From NCBI GenBank assembly GCA_041648455.1, contig JBAZOZ010000001.1, positions 7,823-71,822 on the forward strand: 64,000 nucleotides of DNA. The letters are read 5' to 3'. A program made the translations under genes and the position numbers. The notes beneath the pieces were generated by a model, which was given only the letters and a program-made list of their open reading frames with translations, had not been told where the DNA came from and did no database searches. Positions 1 to 8,763 of this stretch are shown piece after piece; the stretch's first letter is position 1; the number at the start of each line of letters is the position of its first letter. This DNA is from Candidatus Pacearchaeota archaeon (GTDB lineage: Archaea > Nanobdellota > Nanobdellia > Pacearchaeales > GW2011-AR1).

Positions 1-1
1 G

Positions 2-538
2 ATAAGATTTAGTGTAGATGGTGTAAAAAAAGAAACATTTGAATCAATAAGAAGGGGTGCAAATTTCGAGGAGGTAATATCTGGAATAGAAAAATTATAT
101 AAAAGAAGAAATGAAATGGGAGAAAAATTCCCCATAATAGAAGTCTTTTTTACCTTGCTAAAAGAAAATAAAGATGAAAGTAAAAAATTTTTAGAATATT
201 GGAAAGACAAATGTGATTTTGCTTCAATTTATCCTGCAGATTCCAGAGATTCTGGAAAATTTGTTGGGGTAGATTATAAAAAGTTTAAACCATATCCTTG
301 TTTTAACCCAAAAAGAGTTATAATTTTAAGCAATGGGAAGGTTGTTTTGTGTTGTGTAGATATTGACGGGGATGTTGTATTGGGAGATTTGAAAAAACAA
401 GGTTTAAGAGAAATTTTAAATTCAGATAAATATAAGAAAATTCATCTTTCACAAATGAATCGAAGTTGCCAGATACCAATGTGCAAAGATTGTTCAAAAT
501 TTTATATTGACTCTGCCTTTCAATGGTGGGTTTATTGA
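2..538 (+). CDS. radical SAM/SPASM-domain protein, C-terminal part (5' end lies outside window)
   Basis: Frame 2 is open from base 2 (IRFSVDGVKKETFESIRRG...). The C-terminus carries Cys clusters typical of SPASM/twitch domains (CFNPK..LCCVDIDG; CQIPMCKDC). Confidence 0.6.
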   Translation: MRFSVDGVKKETFESIRRGANFEEVISGIEKLYKRRNEMGEKFPIIEVFFTLLKENKDESKKFLEYWKDKCDFASIYPADSRDSGKFVGVDYKKFKPYPCFNPKRVIILSNGKVVLCCVDIDGDVVLGDLKKQGLREILNSDKYKKIHLSQMNRSCQIPMCKDCSKFYIDSAFQWWVY

Positions 539-2283
539 GAATGAATTATCTCATAAACAAAAGCGTCTTCTTTGATTGCTATTAACTTAAATGTTAAATT
601 TCCATAGGTTTTTTCTTGTTTTATGTCTTGTTTATTATTGATGAAATCAATTGTTGTGTTCATAAAAGGAATTTCCCACTTGCTTAATGTAACCTCTCCG
701 GTTTGAGGATTTTGAACATATTCCTCTCCTTCTTTTCTCATCCAATCTGAATGGCCGGGTTCAGAAAAAGAAACTATAATATATTTTACGTTGCTGTTGT
801 TTTTTACTTTATCTAAAAATTCTTCAAAAGTAATTTTATTATTTGGCCTATTCTCGTCTACCAACCCTGCTGGACTTAAGGAAATTCTTTCTGAATAATA
901 TGCTGCTTGGGAAACTGGAACATTAATTATGATATCTTCAATATTGGAATTATCTTTTAAAAACAATCCCGCTTCTTTAATTCCCGAATAAGAATTAACT
1001 TTATTTTTTATAATCATATCTGCATGTTTATATTCATAATACCCGCCAAAACCAACTAAAAAGATTAATACAATCACTCCAATAGTTTTATAATATTTTC
1101 CTATAAAATTTGTAACTAAAAGAGTTCCTTTAGAAATACAAACAAAAGAACCTAAAAGCAGTGGAAAATACCATCGAGGTTCTCCCACTTGTCCGTTTCT
1201 ATTAATGAAGAAGAATAAAATTAAAGTTAAAACAATAGTTAAAAAAAAGAAAAAATCTGATTTTAATTCTTCATTACCTTCTTTTTTTCTTAAAAATTTA
1301 AAACCAATAAATAAATTAAATAATAAGATAAAAAAACCAATCCAAAAAAGCCAAATTAAAACGCTTAGGGCAGGATTGAAAACATTTCCAAAAAAAGCTC
1401 CAAATATCTGTAAGGCCGAAAAATCAGGAGAAAATCCAAATGCATCGGAGATTGTAGAAGAAATGTCTAAAGAAGAAATAAATACAAATTTATTGAAGAA
1501 TAAATATAGCAAACCAGCGAGGACAAGAGAAACCCAATTATATTTGTCTTTAATTAAAGTTTTGAAATCTTTAGTAGCCAACATATAAATCAAGAAAAAA
1601 ATTCCGAATAAAGCATAACTTTTCCTAATGGAATAAACAATAAACACAAAAAATACTGTTATCAAAATTGAATATTTTGAATTAATTTTTCCAAATATTT
1701 TTTCTTTTCTTTCATAACCCTGCCAAAATATATAAATTGAGAGAAAAGCAAAAAACAATGCAGGAACATCTAGTTGAAATCTAAACGATTCAAATAGAAT
1801 ATCCCAAAGAGTAGCCATTAAAAAAGTGGAAATTAATGCTATCTTTTTATCTTTATACATCAAGATACATATTTTGTAAGTCAGATAAACTAAAAGTATC
1901 GACGGAATTAACTCTAAAATAAATCTTGAAACTAATTCAGAAGAACTTAATTTTAATAAAGCTGCTGCAAGATATGGAAATAAAGAATTGTGTTTGGGTG
2001 TTACAATCCAATCAACATTTCCAATTCCTGCAAGATTTTTTGCATAAGCCATATAATCTGCTTCATCCCACCAAAGGGGCTGGTTTTTTGTAACAAAAAA
2101 GAAATATAATCTAATTATAATTCCCAAAATGAAAATTCCGATAAAGATGGCAGTATATTTATTTTTTATCAGAGAAGAAATTTTCTTTTTTGCCTTTTCC
2201 TTTCTTTCTTCAATCTCTTTTGAAGTTTCTCCCAATCCTTCCGACATATCGATTAAATCCCCTTTTTCTCCTTTTTCTTCCAT
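532..2283 (-). CDS. GT-C fold integral-membrane glycosyltransferase (ArnT/PMT-like)
   Basis: 583 aa with more than 10 predicted TM helices. LWWDEADY acidic motif sits in the first extracytoplasmic loop, characteristic of the PMT/ArnT (COG1807) family. Confidence 0.6.
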   Translation of the reverse strand: MEEKGEKGDLIDMSEGLGETSKEIEERKEKAKKKISSLIKNKYTAIFIGIFILGIIIRLYFFFVTKNQPLWWDEADYMAYAKNLAGIGNVDWIVTPKHNSLFPYLAAALLKLSSSELVSRFILELIPSILLVYLTYKICILMYKDKKIALISTFLMATLWDILFESFRFQLDVPALFFAFLSIYIFWQGYERKEKIFGKINSKYSILITVFFVFIVYSIRKSYALFGIFFLIYMLATKDFKTLIKDKYNWVSLVLAGLLYLFFNKFVFISSLDISSTISDAFGFSPDFSALQIFGAFFGNVFNPALSVLIWLFWIGFFILLFNLFIGFKFLRKKEGNEELKSDFFFFLTIVLTLILFFFINRNGQVGEPRWYFPLLLGSFVCISKGTLLVTNFIGKYYKTIGVIVLIFLVGFGGYYEYKHADMIIKNKVNSYSGIKEAGLFLKDNSNIEDIIINVPVSQAAYYSERISLSPAGLVDENRPNNKITFEEFLDKVKNNSNVKYIIVSFSEPGHSDWMRKEGEEYVQNPQTGEVTLSKWEIPFMNTTIDFINNKQDIKQEKTYGNLTFKLIAIKEDAFVYEIIHSQ

Positions 2284-2317
2284 TCTAATTTGAATTGTGA
2301 ATTGTTTTTATTAATTG

Positions 2318-3205
2318 CTATTTTGTGGTTTCCACTCGTTTCCATGCGTCAGAGTATTTTCTTTTTTTTACATAACTATTAAAAAATAAATTCATCCAAA
2401 TATAAAATCTTAATGGAAAAAGCCAGAGTGTCCAAAATAATTCTTTAATATTCTCTGGATAAAAGAAGAGTGTGTATCCATCTATAATTTCATTGAAAAA
2501 GGTTTTCATTCGAGGTATTCTTTTTAAATCAACATACTTGCCAATATTATCATGAGCTCCAGCAGTTCTTCTCTTTTGTTTTAGGAACTCTGATAATTTA
2601 AGAGGATATTTAACATAAACTTTTGCATTCCGAGCATATTTTATTTTGTATCCTTTAAGATAAAACATTATGGGAACTATTGTATCTTCTCCAACATCTA
2701 ATGGGAATTTTTTTATTACTTTATTTTTAAATGCCCACAAGTATCCGGAACATTCTAAAAATTGATTTTTAATATTTCTTTTCTGTCTCCATCTATCAGC
2801 AGAATTACATAGAATATAAGACCAATAACCGAACATAGTGTTTTTTGATTCTAATGATTCAGGACAACCAGCAACACAACCAACTTTTTTATCTTCAAAA
2901 AATTTTAATATTTCATTAACGGAATTTTCTGAAACATAAACATCTCCGTCAGTAAGAATAATAATTTCCCCCCTTAATCTTGGAAGTAAAAGATTTAGTG
3001 CATAGGATTTTCCTTTTCCTGGATCCTTGAAGAGTTTTATTTTTTTATTATTTTTCTGATGGTGTTTTACTATTTCCCATGTTTGTTTATCTGGAGCAGC
3101 CACAATTAATTCATATTTTTCTTTAATATCCTGATTTATAAAAGAGTCTATTGCTTTTCCAATCGTATTTGGTTCGTTGAAGGAAGTAATAACTATTGAT
3201 ATCAT
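2318..3205 (-). CDS. family 2 glycosyltransferase (GT-A fold)
   Basis: MISIVITSFNEPNTIGKAIDSF...LTDGDVYV matches the GT2 N-terminal signature and DxD region. Start was moved to the internal Met so the gene abuts its upstream neighbour. Confidence 0.75.
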   Translation of the reverse strand: MISIVITSFNEPNTIGKAIDSFINQDIKEKYELIVAAPDKQTWEIVKHHQKNNKKIKLFKDPGKGKSYALNLLLPRLRGEIIILTDGDVYVSENSVNEILKFFEDKKVGCVAGCPESLESKNTMFGYWSYILCNSADRWRQKRNIKNQFLECSGYLWAFKNKVIKKFPLDVGEDTIVPIMFYLKGYKIKYARNAKVYVKYPLKLSEFLKQKRRTAGAHDNIGKYVDLKRIPRMKTFFNEIIDGYTLFFYPENIKELFWTLWLFPLRFYIWMNLFFNSYVKKRKYSDAWKRVETTK

Positions 3206-3206
3206 T

Positions 3207-4748
3207 TTAAACCTTATAGCGTATTTTATCATACCAAACTTTAAATTCAACAGGCATTGATCTATAAATTTGCTTTGCAATTTTTTCTCTGAACACGTCG
3301 GAGATTCCAATAAAAAATAGAACAAAATAAGTTAAGATTGGATTTTTTAAATTCTCTTTTACTCTTTCTGGTTGAAGAAGATAATTGATTAAAAAATTTG
3401 GCATCGCCCCGAATCTTTTTTCAGTTACACTCCCCCTCATTAAATTCAATATTAAAACAAGATACATATTTTTCTTTTTTAAAAGAATATGTTTAGATCT
3501 GTCCCAATAATTTAATTTCGCACTCTTCAATATTTGCTTATTTAACATCGGATCATCTCTTGCTTTTTCATATAATCCAGAACCAGGAAAGAAAACTAAA
3601 TTATTTACTGATAAATAATATGGTTTTGGAATTTTTTGGAGAAGTCTTATCATACTTACAACATCTTCGGCTTTTTCATATGGATTGCAAGTTATAACGT
3701 CATACATCACAGTTAATTTATCTTTATATTCATTTATTATTCTTGCTGCATTTAGGACATCAGCGTCGGTTTGATTCCTGAAATAAATTTCTTTGTTTAC
3801 TCTCTCTGTTCCTTGAATTCCTATTATTATGTCTGTGCATCCGGCATCAACCAAGAGTTTTATTTTTTCATCTGAAATAGTTTTCGGATCCCCAAGACAT
3901 TTAAACCTCATATTTATTTTTTGTTTATATTTGTCACAGAAATCTTTTATTTGATTTAATGGCCTTAATGAAAATGTGTCATCTCTTATGTCAAAATAAT
4001 CTAGAGTTTTAAACTTCTTTTTCAAAAAAAGAATACAATTAATTATGTAATCTGAAGAGTGCCACCTTACAATGCTTTTGCACTTTCCTTTGTAAAGTTT
4101 GTTAAATAAATTATTGCTACAATAAGTGCAACCATAAGGACAGCCCCTTCCAGTCAAGAAAAAAATTCCTCCAGAAAGATCTTCTTCTTTGAATTTTCTT
4201 AGATTACTATTCTCTAAAATATAATGATATTGAACATCATAATCTGCAAAAGGCAATTCATCTAAATTATCTATTACTGGCCTAACTGAATTTTTTACTA
4301 TTTCATTATTTTTTTTATTTCTAACCCATAAATTTTTTATTTTATCGAACGATTTTTTGTTTTTAATCGCGTTGACTATATCTAAGATTGCTCCTTCTCC
4401 CTCGCCAACGCAAACAATGTCGACATATTTTATGCAATGCTCTGGAGAAATTGTTGCATGAACTCCGCCCCAAATTAAAGGCGCCTTAATCTTTTTTTCC
4501 AAGAATTTTATTATTTGTATTGCTCTTGGAGCTGTTGAAGCATAGGAACTTATTCCGATTAAATCCGAATTTCTGCAAATTTCTAATAGTTGATTTAATT
4601 CTCTTTTTTTATAAAATTTTGAATAATCTTCTGAATAAGCCATAAAAATTATTTTCACGTTGTGGCCTGATTTTTTTAGAACACTTGAAATGGTTCTTAT
4701 CCCCTGGTCTGAAGGAAATGTGGCCGTGGAAATCAAAGTTATTTTCAT
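3207..4748 (-). CDS. B12-binding domain radical SAM enzyme
   Basis: N-terminal Rossmann-like B12-binding region (IGISSYAS...WGGVHAT). Followed by a CxxxCxxC radical SAM cluster (GRGCPYGCTYCS). Confidence 0.8.
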   Translation of the reverse strand: MKITLISTATFPSDQGIRTISSVLKKSGHNVKIIFMAYSEDYSKFYKKRELNQLLEICRNSDLIGISSYASTAPRAIQIIKFLEKKIKAPLIWGGVHATISPEHCIKYVDIVCVGEGEGAILDIVNAIKNKKSFDKIKNLWVRNKKNNEIVKNSVRPVIDNLDELPFADYDVQYHYILENSNLRKFKEEDLSGGIFFLTGRGCPYGCTYCSNNLFNKLYKGKCKSIVRWHSSDYIINCILFLKKKFKTLDYFDIRDDTFSLRPLNQIKDFCDKYKQKINMRFKCLGDPKTISDEKIKLLVDAGCTDIIIGIQGTERVNKEIYFRNQTDADVLNAARIINEYKDKLTVMYDVITCNPYEKAEDVVSMIRLLQKIPKPYYLSVNNLVFFPGSGLYEKARDDPMLNKQILKSAKLNYWDRSKHILLKKKNMYLVLILNLMRGSVTEKRFGAMPNFLINYLLQPERVKENLKNPILTYFVLFFIGISDVFREKIAKQIYRSMPVEFKVWYDKIRYKV

Positions 4749-4757
4749 ATTCTAACC

Positions 4758-5933
4758 TTAAGAAGATATTTTATAAGGATTACGTATTAAAAGTTTTTCA
4801 TATTCATCCAGATACCTTCTGGTTATTGTGTCCCAATCAAATTCTTTTGATTTTTCAATATTATTTTTAGAAATTTGTTTTGCTAGATTTGGATTATCTA
4901 TAATTTTTAAAATATTTTCTTCCAAACTCTTCAAATCTCCATAATTGGAAAAAAAACCATTTTCTCCTTCAGTCATTTCAAAAGGAACACCATTAACTGG
5001 AGAGGCAATTATTGGCAATCCAGATGCCATTGCCTCAAACAGAGTAAGTGGAAGTCCTTCCCGATAACTTGGAAGAACATAAACATCTGATGCTTGATAC
5101 ATTTCGGCTATTTTTTCTTTTCCTTTAATTGGCCCTAAGTATTTCATATTTTTGTGTCCTTTTATTAAATTTTTGACTTCCTCTGCTTTTCCTTCGTCAG
5201 GCCCAACCCAAAAGAATGCGATATCTTTTCTCTTGTTAGAAATATTAATTGCAACTTGCGCCAACTTTTCTGGTCCTTTTGTTGGATTTAATCTTCCGAA
5301 AAATAAAACTAAATTTTTTTCCTTAATTTTATTTTTCTTCTTGAATTGATTATTTTTTATTTTTCTGAATAGAATTTTATCCATGCCATTCGGAATTACT
5401 TTTATTTTATTTTCTTCAGAATATTTCTTGAGAATATCTAATTCCCAGGGTGTTATGGCAATGATTTTGTCTACAAAATTAAAGGAAAATTTATTCACAA
5501 AGAAATCATTTAATAATAAAAATGGTTTTAAAATATTTGGACGAAAAGACGAATCCGTCCAAGGGCAATGAGTAGTGTGTATATGTTTAAATTTTCTTAT
5601 TCTAGAAACAAGCCCCACAAACAGAATATAATCATGTCCTGAAACATGAGTATGCACAATATCAAATTTCTCTTTAAATAATAAAAGTTTCCATAACAAT
5701 GACGGCCAGACAAAAGTATTTAGTGAAAGTCGTGCCCAATAAGGTAATCGATGAACATGAATTCCTTCAATTGTTTCTTCTTTTAATTTAATCCTCTTAT
5801 TTTTATCAGAATCACAACAAAAAACATGAACTTCATGCCCATCTTCAACTTGCCTTTTTGCCAATTCATACATGACTTGTTCTACACCCCCAAAAGTCGG
5901 AAAGAAGAACATATTTATGTGAGCGATTCTCAT
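4758..5933 (-). CDS. GT4 glycosyltransferase
   Basis: MRIAHINMFFFPTFGGVEQ N-terminus. C-terminal EGLPLTLFEAMASGLPIIAS matches the GT4 E-X7-E region. Confidence 0.75.
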   Translation of the reverse strand: MRIAHINMFFFPTFGGVEQVMYELAKRQVEDGHEVHVFCCDSDKNKRIKLKEETIEGIHVHRLPYWARLSLNTFVWPSLLWKLLLFKEKFDIVHTHVSGHDYILFVGLVSRIRKFKHIHTTHCPWTDSSFRPNILKPFLLLNDFFVNKFSFNFVDKIIAITPWELDILKKYSEENKIKVIPNGMDKILFRKIKNNQFKKKNKIKEKNLVLFFGRLNPTKGPEKLAQVAINISNKRKDIAFFWVGPDEGKAEEVKNLIKGHKNMKYLGPIKGKEKIAEMYQASDVYVLPSYREGLPLTLFEAMASGLPIIASPVNGVPFEMTEGENGFFSNYGDLKSLEENILKIIDNPNLAKQISKNNIEKSKEFDWDTITRRYLDEYEKLLIRNPYKISS

Positions 5934-6043
5934 ACTCTTTCCTGAATTTCTCATTAAAAATCTAAAAAAAAGAAGAGTTTAAAAGATTAGTGTAGTTGAG
6001 TTATGTTATATTGTGTTAATCACTTTTTTTGAACTTGTAAGAC

Positions 6044-6307
6044 TTAATTTCTCTTATAATAAATAGCAAATACAACAATATAAAATACAGATTCTAGAAT
6101 TCCCAATATATACTTAATAACAAGTGGCGGTTGAATTATCAAAAGGGCATAAATAAGAGCAATAATATTTGCTATAAAAAAGATGATAAATAACCATATA
6201 CTTACTCCCTCAGTACTCTTCCTCTTTAAAGTTTTAACTATTTGAGGAACTAATGCAACTGAAAACAAAATTGTCGCTGTCCAGCCAAGTAATTGTGTTA
6301 ATTGCAT
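6044..6307 (-). CDS. PQ-loop / SemiSWEET-like 3-TM transporter
   Basis: 87 aa with 3 TM helices. LVPQIVKTLKRKSTEGVS matches the PQ-loop consensus (PQ..k..k.kSteGlS). Confidence 0.5.
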   Translation of the reverse strand: MQLTQLLGWTATILFSVALVPQIVKTLKRKSTEGVSIWLFIIFFIANIIALIYALLIIQPPLVIKYILGILESVFYIVVFAIYYKRN

Positions 6308-6326
6308 TGTGTAAATAAAATTTTGA

Positions 6327-7094
6327 TTAGCTGTATCCCAGTGCTCTTAATTTTTCCATTATGGTCTCTCGTGCTACCCCCCTTCCTGCTCTTTCATGCG
6401 CATTAGGATCTTTATTGATGGACGTACATTCCATACAACCTAAAGAAGTATATCCTAATTTATATAATGGATTACATTCTATTTTTTCTTGCTTAATATA
6501 TTGCATAACATCTTGCGGTCTCCAAAATAATATCGGATGAACTCTCACATGTTTCGGACTTGCTCGAGGGGAAAAAATAGTTTCTTTTGCTCTTTCCTCA
6601 TGTTCTACTCCCCTAATTCCAGTAATTAGAGCATCCAGTTTTAATTTTTCAACTCCTCTCCTCATAGGTTCTATTTTATGGTACTCACAACAGACTTCTG
6701 TAAACTCCGGAGTTTTCAATCCAAACTTATCAATAAATTTTTTTACTTTATCTTCGTCTGCCTTGAAAGTATAAAAATTTGTAAGCTCCCATTCTCTTTT
6801 TACTTTTTCCAAGAATTCATAAGTTTCTTTGTGGTCGTGCTGCGTGTCTGAAAAAAGAACAGGAAGGTCACTTGGAAATTCTTTTAAAATTAAATGCAAC
6901 AAAACTAAACTATCTGAACCACCACTAAAACCAATTCCAACGTTATTATATTTTTTCTTGGCTTCTCTAATAATTTCCAAAGATTTTTCAATTTTTTCTG
7001 AAAGGGGCAAATCCAATAACTCTCTAACTTCTGGCCTCATTAAGTCTTCACACTTTTTTGTTCTAAACTCTTTTTGAAATCTTTGTTCAATCAT
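6327..7094 (-). CDS. PAPS reductase/ATP sulfurylase-type PP-loop ATP pyrophosphatase family protein
   Basis: SGGSDS PP-loop (GIGFSGGSDSLVLLH). C-terminal Cys pair (GCMEC). Confidence 0.6.
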   Translation of the reverse strand: MIEQRFQKEFRTKKCEDLMRPEVRELLDLPLSEKIEKSLEIIREAKKKYNNVGIGFSGGSDSLVLLHLILKEFPSDLPVLFSDTQHDHKETYEFLEKVKREWELTNFYTFKADEDKVKKFIDKFGLKTPEFTEVCCEYHKIEPMRRGVEKLKLDALITGIRGVEHEERAKETIFSPRASPKHVRVHPILFWRPQDVMQYIKQEKIECNPLYKLGYTSLGCMECTSINKDPNAHERAGRGVARETIMEKLRALGYS

Positions 7095-7150
7095 TATGTA
7101 TAATTATAGATAATTATGGTTTATAAACTTTTATATCTTGAAGAATACAA

Positions 7151-7363
7151 TTAAATATAACCTAATTTTTTTAGCCTGTTACTGATTTGAGTTCCATCTT
7201 CTTCGGACAAAATTTGCCTTAGAATAAACGCGATGTATGCTGATACCGAAGGCATTCCTGTTCCTTTAATTTTCTTTTTTACTTTTTCTATTAGAGGTAA
7301 GGGAAGAGAAATTGTTCCATATTTAACTTGTATCTCTTTTGCTTTTTTCTTTTTCATAATCAT
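7151..7363 (-). CDS. small basic protein, possible ribbon-helix-helix DNA-binding
   Basis: 70 aa. ISLPLPLIEKVKK resembles an RHH beta-strand/helix. Weak call. Confidence 0.3.
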   Translation of the reverse strand: MIMKKKKAKEIQVKYGTISLPLPLIEKVKKKIKGTGMPSVSAYIAFILRQILSEEDGTQISNRLKKLGYI

Positions 7364-7478
7364 ATATAATTGTAACAGTTATTAAAGTTTACTGATTTTA
7401 TTTGTAACATTTATTTTATCTATATTAAAGATATACAATCTTTAAAAATACTGAAATATAAATTAAATAATACAAAAA

Positions 7479-8762
7479 ATGGAAAACATAGCAATTATTA
7501 TAATTGACGCATTGAGGCCAAAGAATCTTAGTTTATTTGGATATGAAAAAGAAACTGATAAAAACTTAAAGAAAATAGCTGATGAGGGAATTTTATTCAA
7601 GAAGTTTTTTTCTGTTTCGAATTCAACTTTTCCCTCGATAACTTCTTTGTTTACAGGAAAATATCCAAACAACCACGGCATAATTCATCAAGCACCATAT
7701 GCAACTGACGAAGAATATGAAAAAATAGAGAGAGAAAAATTCTGGCTTGTTAATTTCTTAAAAGAAAAAGGTTACAGAACAATCGCAATTGACTGGATTG
7801 GATTATGGTTTAAGGAGGGATTTGATTATTATGGAGAGAGAAAAGAAGCATTTTATAAAAAATTTACAAAAAATTCTTTGGCGAAAAAAATCTTATTAAA
7901 TCTTCCAAGCTGGGCGTATAAATTTGGGAAAAGTTTTGTAAAAAAGAAAAATGAATCCTTGTTTCCTTCTGCAAAAGAAATGGTAGATGTGGCAATTTCG
8001 CAAATTAAAGAATCAAAAAAATTGGAAAAACCTTTTTTTCTGTTTATGCACTTTGAAGATACCCACTTTCCATATCCAAACGTTCCAAACCCCGAACCAA
8101 GCGGAGATAACGACATTGAAAAAGTATTAGAGAATATCAAATCACCCCCCCAAAGAGAATATTTCAAAAAAAGAATTGTTGATATTGAACTTAAATCAAT
8201 TAAAGATATGAAAAATAAATATGACTTGGCCATAGAGGGAATAGATAATCAAATTGGAAGACTAAGAGAATTTTTAATGAAAGATAAGGAATGGGAAAAT
8301 ACTTTATTTATCATCTTATCAGACCATGGAGATTCTTTGGATGAACATGAAATTTATTTTAGCCACGCCGGGCTTTTTGACGAATCAGTTCACGTTCCTT
8401 TAATAATAAAAATTCCAGGATTTGAAAAAAAAGAAATAAGCGAACTTGTGCAAACTGTTGATATTGCTCCAACTATCTTAGATAGATTTAACGAATCAAT
8501 AGAAGATTTTGATGGTAAATCTCTTCTTCCTTTAATTAAAGATGGAATTCCATTAAGAGACAAAGTATTCTTATTTGATGGTTTGGCAGAAAATATAAGA
8601 GCAATAAGAAGCAAAGATAAAAAAATAATTATTGCAGAAGGAAATAAATGTAATTTATGCAAATCGGAACATCATAAAAAATACGAAGAATATGATTTAA
8701 AAAAAGATCCCAGGGAATTGAATAATATATACAAAGAAAAAAAGAAAACAAAATTGAAATAA
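7479..8762 (+). CDS. sulfatase/alkaline-phosphatase superfamily enzyme (LtaS/EptA-like phospho-transferase more likely than formylglycine sulfatase)
   Basis: IIIDALRP...NSTFPSITSLFTGKYP metal/nucleophile region. SDHGDSLDEH..HVPLII. No C/S-x-P-x-R formylglycine motif seen. Confidence 0.7.
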   Translation: MENIAIIIIDALRPKNLSLFGYEKETDKNLKKIADEGILFKKFFSVSNSTFPSITSLFTGKYPNNHGIIHQAPYATDEEYEKIEREKFWLVNFLKEKGYRTIAIDWIGLWFKEGFDYYGERKEAFYKKFTKNSLAKKILLNLPSWAYKFGKSFVKKKNESLFPSAKEMVDVAISQIKESKKLEKPFFLFMHFEDTHFPYPNVPNPEPSGDNDIEKVLENIKSPPQREYFKKRIVDIELKSIKDMKNKYDLAIEGIDNQIGRLREFLMKDKEWENTLFIILSDHGDSLDEHEIYFSHAGLFDESVHVPLIIKIPGFEKKEISELVQTVDIAPTILDRFNESIEDFDGKSLLPLIKDGIPLRDKVFLFDGLAENIRAIRSKDKKIIIAEGNKCNLCKSEHHKKYEEYDLKKDPRELNNIYKEKKKTKLK

Positions 8763-8763
8763 A

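Noticed and set aside
2-538. Calling the SPASM rSAM an anaerobic sulfatase-maturating enzyme because a sulfatase-family gene is nearby
   Set aside because: The nearby sulfatase-fold protein lacks the C/S-x-P-x-R formylglycine target motif. The rSAM N-terminus is outside the window. The link is too speculative for an annotation.
1205-1588. ORF-track entries that run antisense to, or are nested inside, strong genes. Examples: 1205..1588, 4685..4870, 5152..5349, 5383..5571, 6829..7077, 7463..7681, 7853..8233, 8390..8662, 10924..11337, 13996..14280, 15973..16155, 17071..17283, 17653..18009, 18714..18938, 23390..23587, 23606..23809, 24616..24804, 25333..25864, 27965..28162, 28242..28487, 29650..29847, 32401..32604, 33209..33451, 36456..36641, 36792..37019, 37224..37493, 37878..38087, 38826..39068, 39529..39723, 39885..40130, 41835..42062, 45307..45498, 45381..45584, 45825..46133, 48744..48929, 51349..51615, 57249..57440, 57487..57672, 58827..59687, 59774..59989, 60192..60461, 61367..61567.
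   Set aside because: They are low-complexity K/F/I-rich translations of AT-rich DNA. They lie opposite, or out of frame within, genes that carry clear conserved motifs. No motifs of their own.
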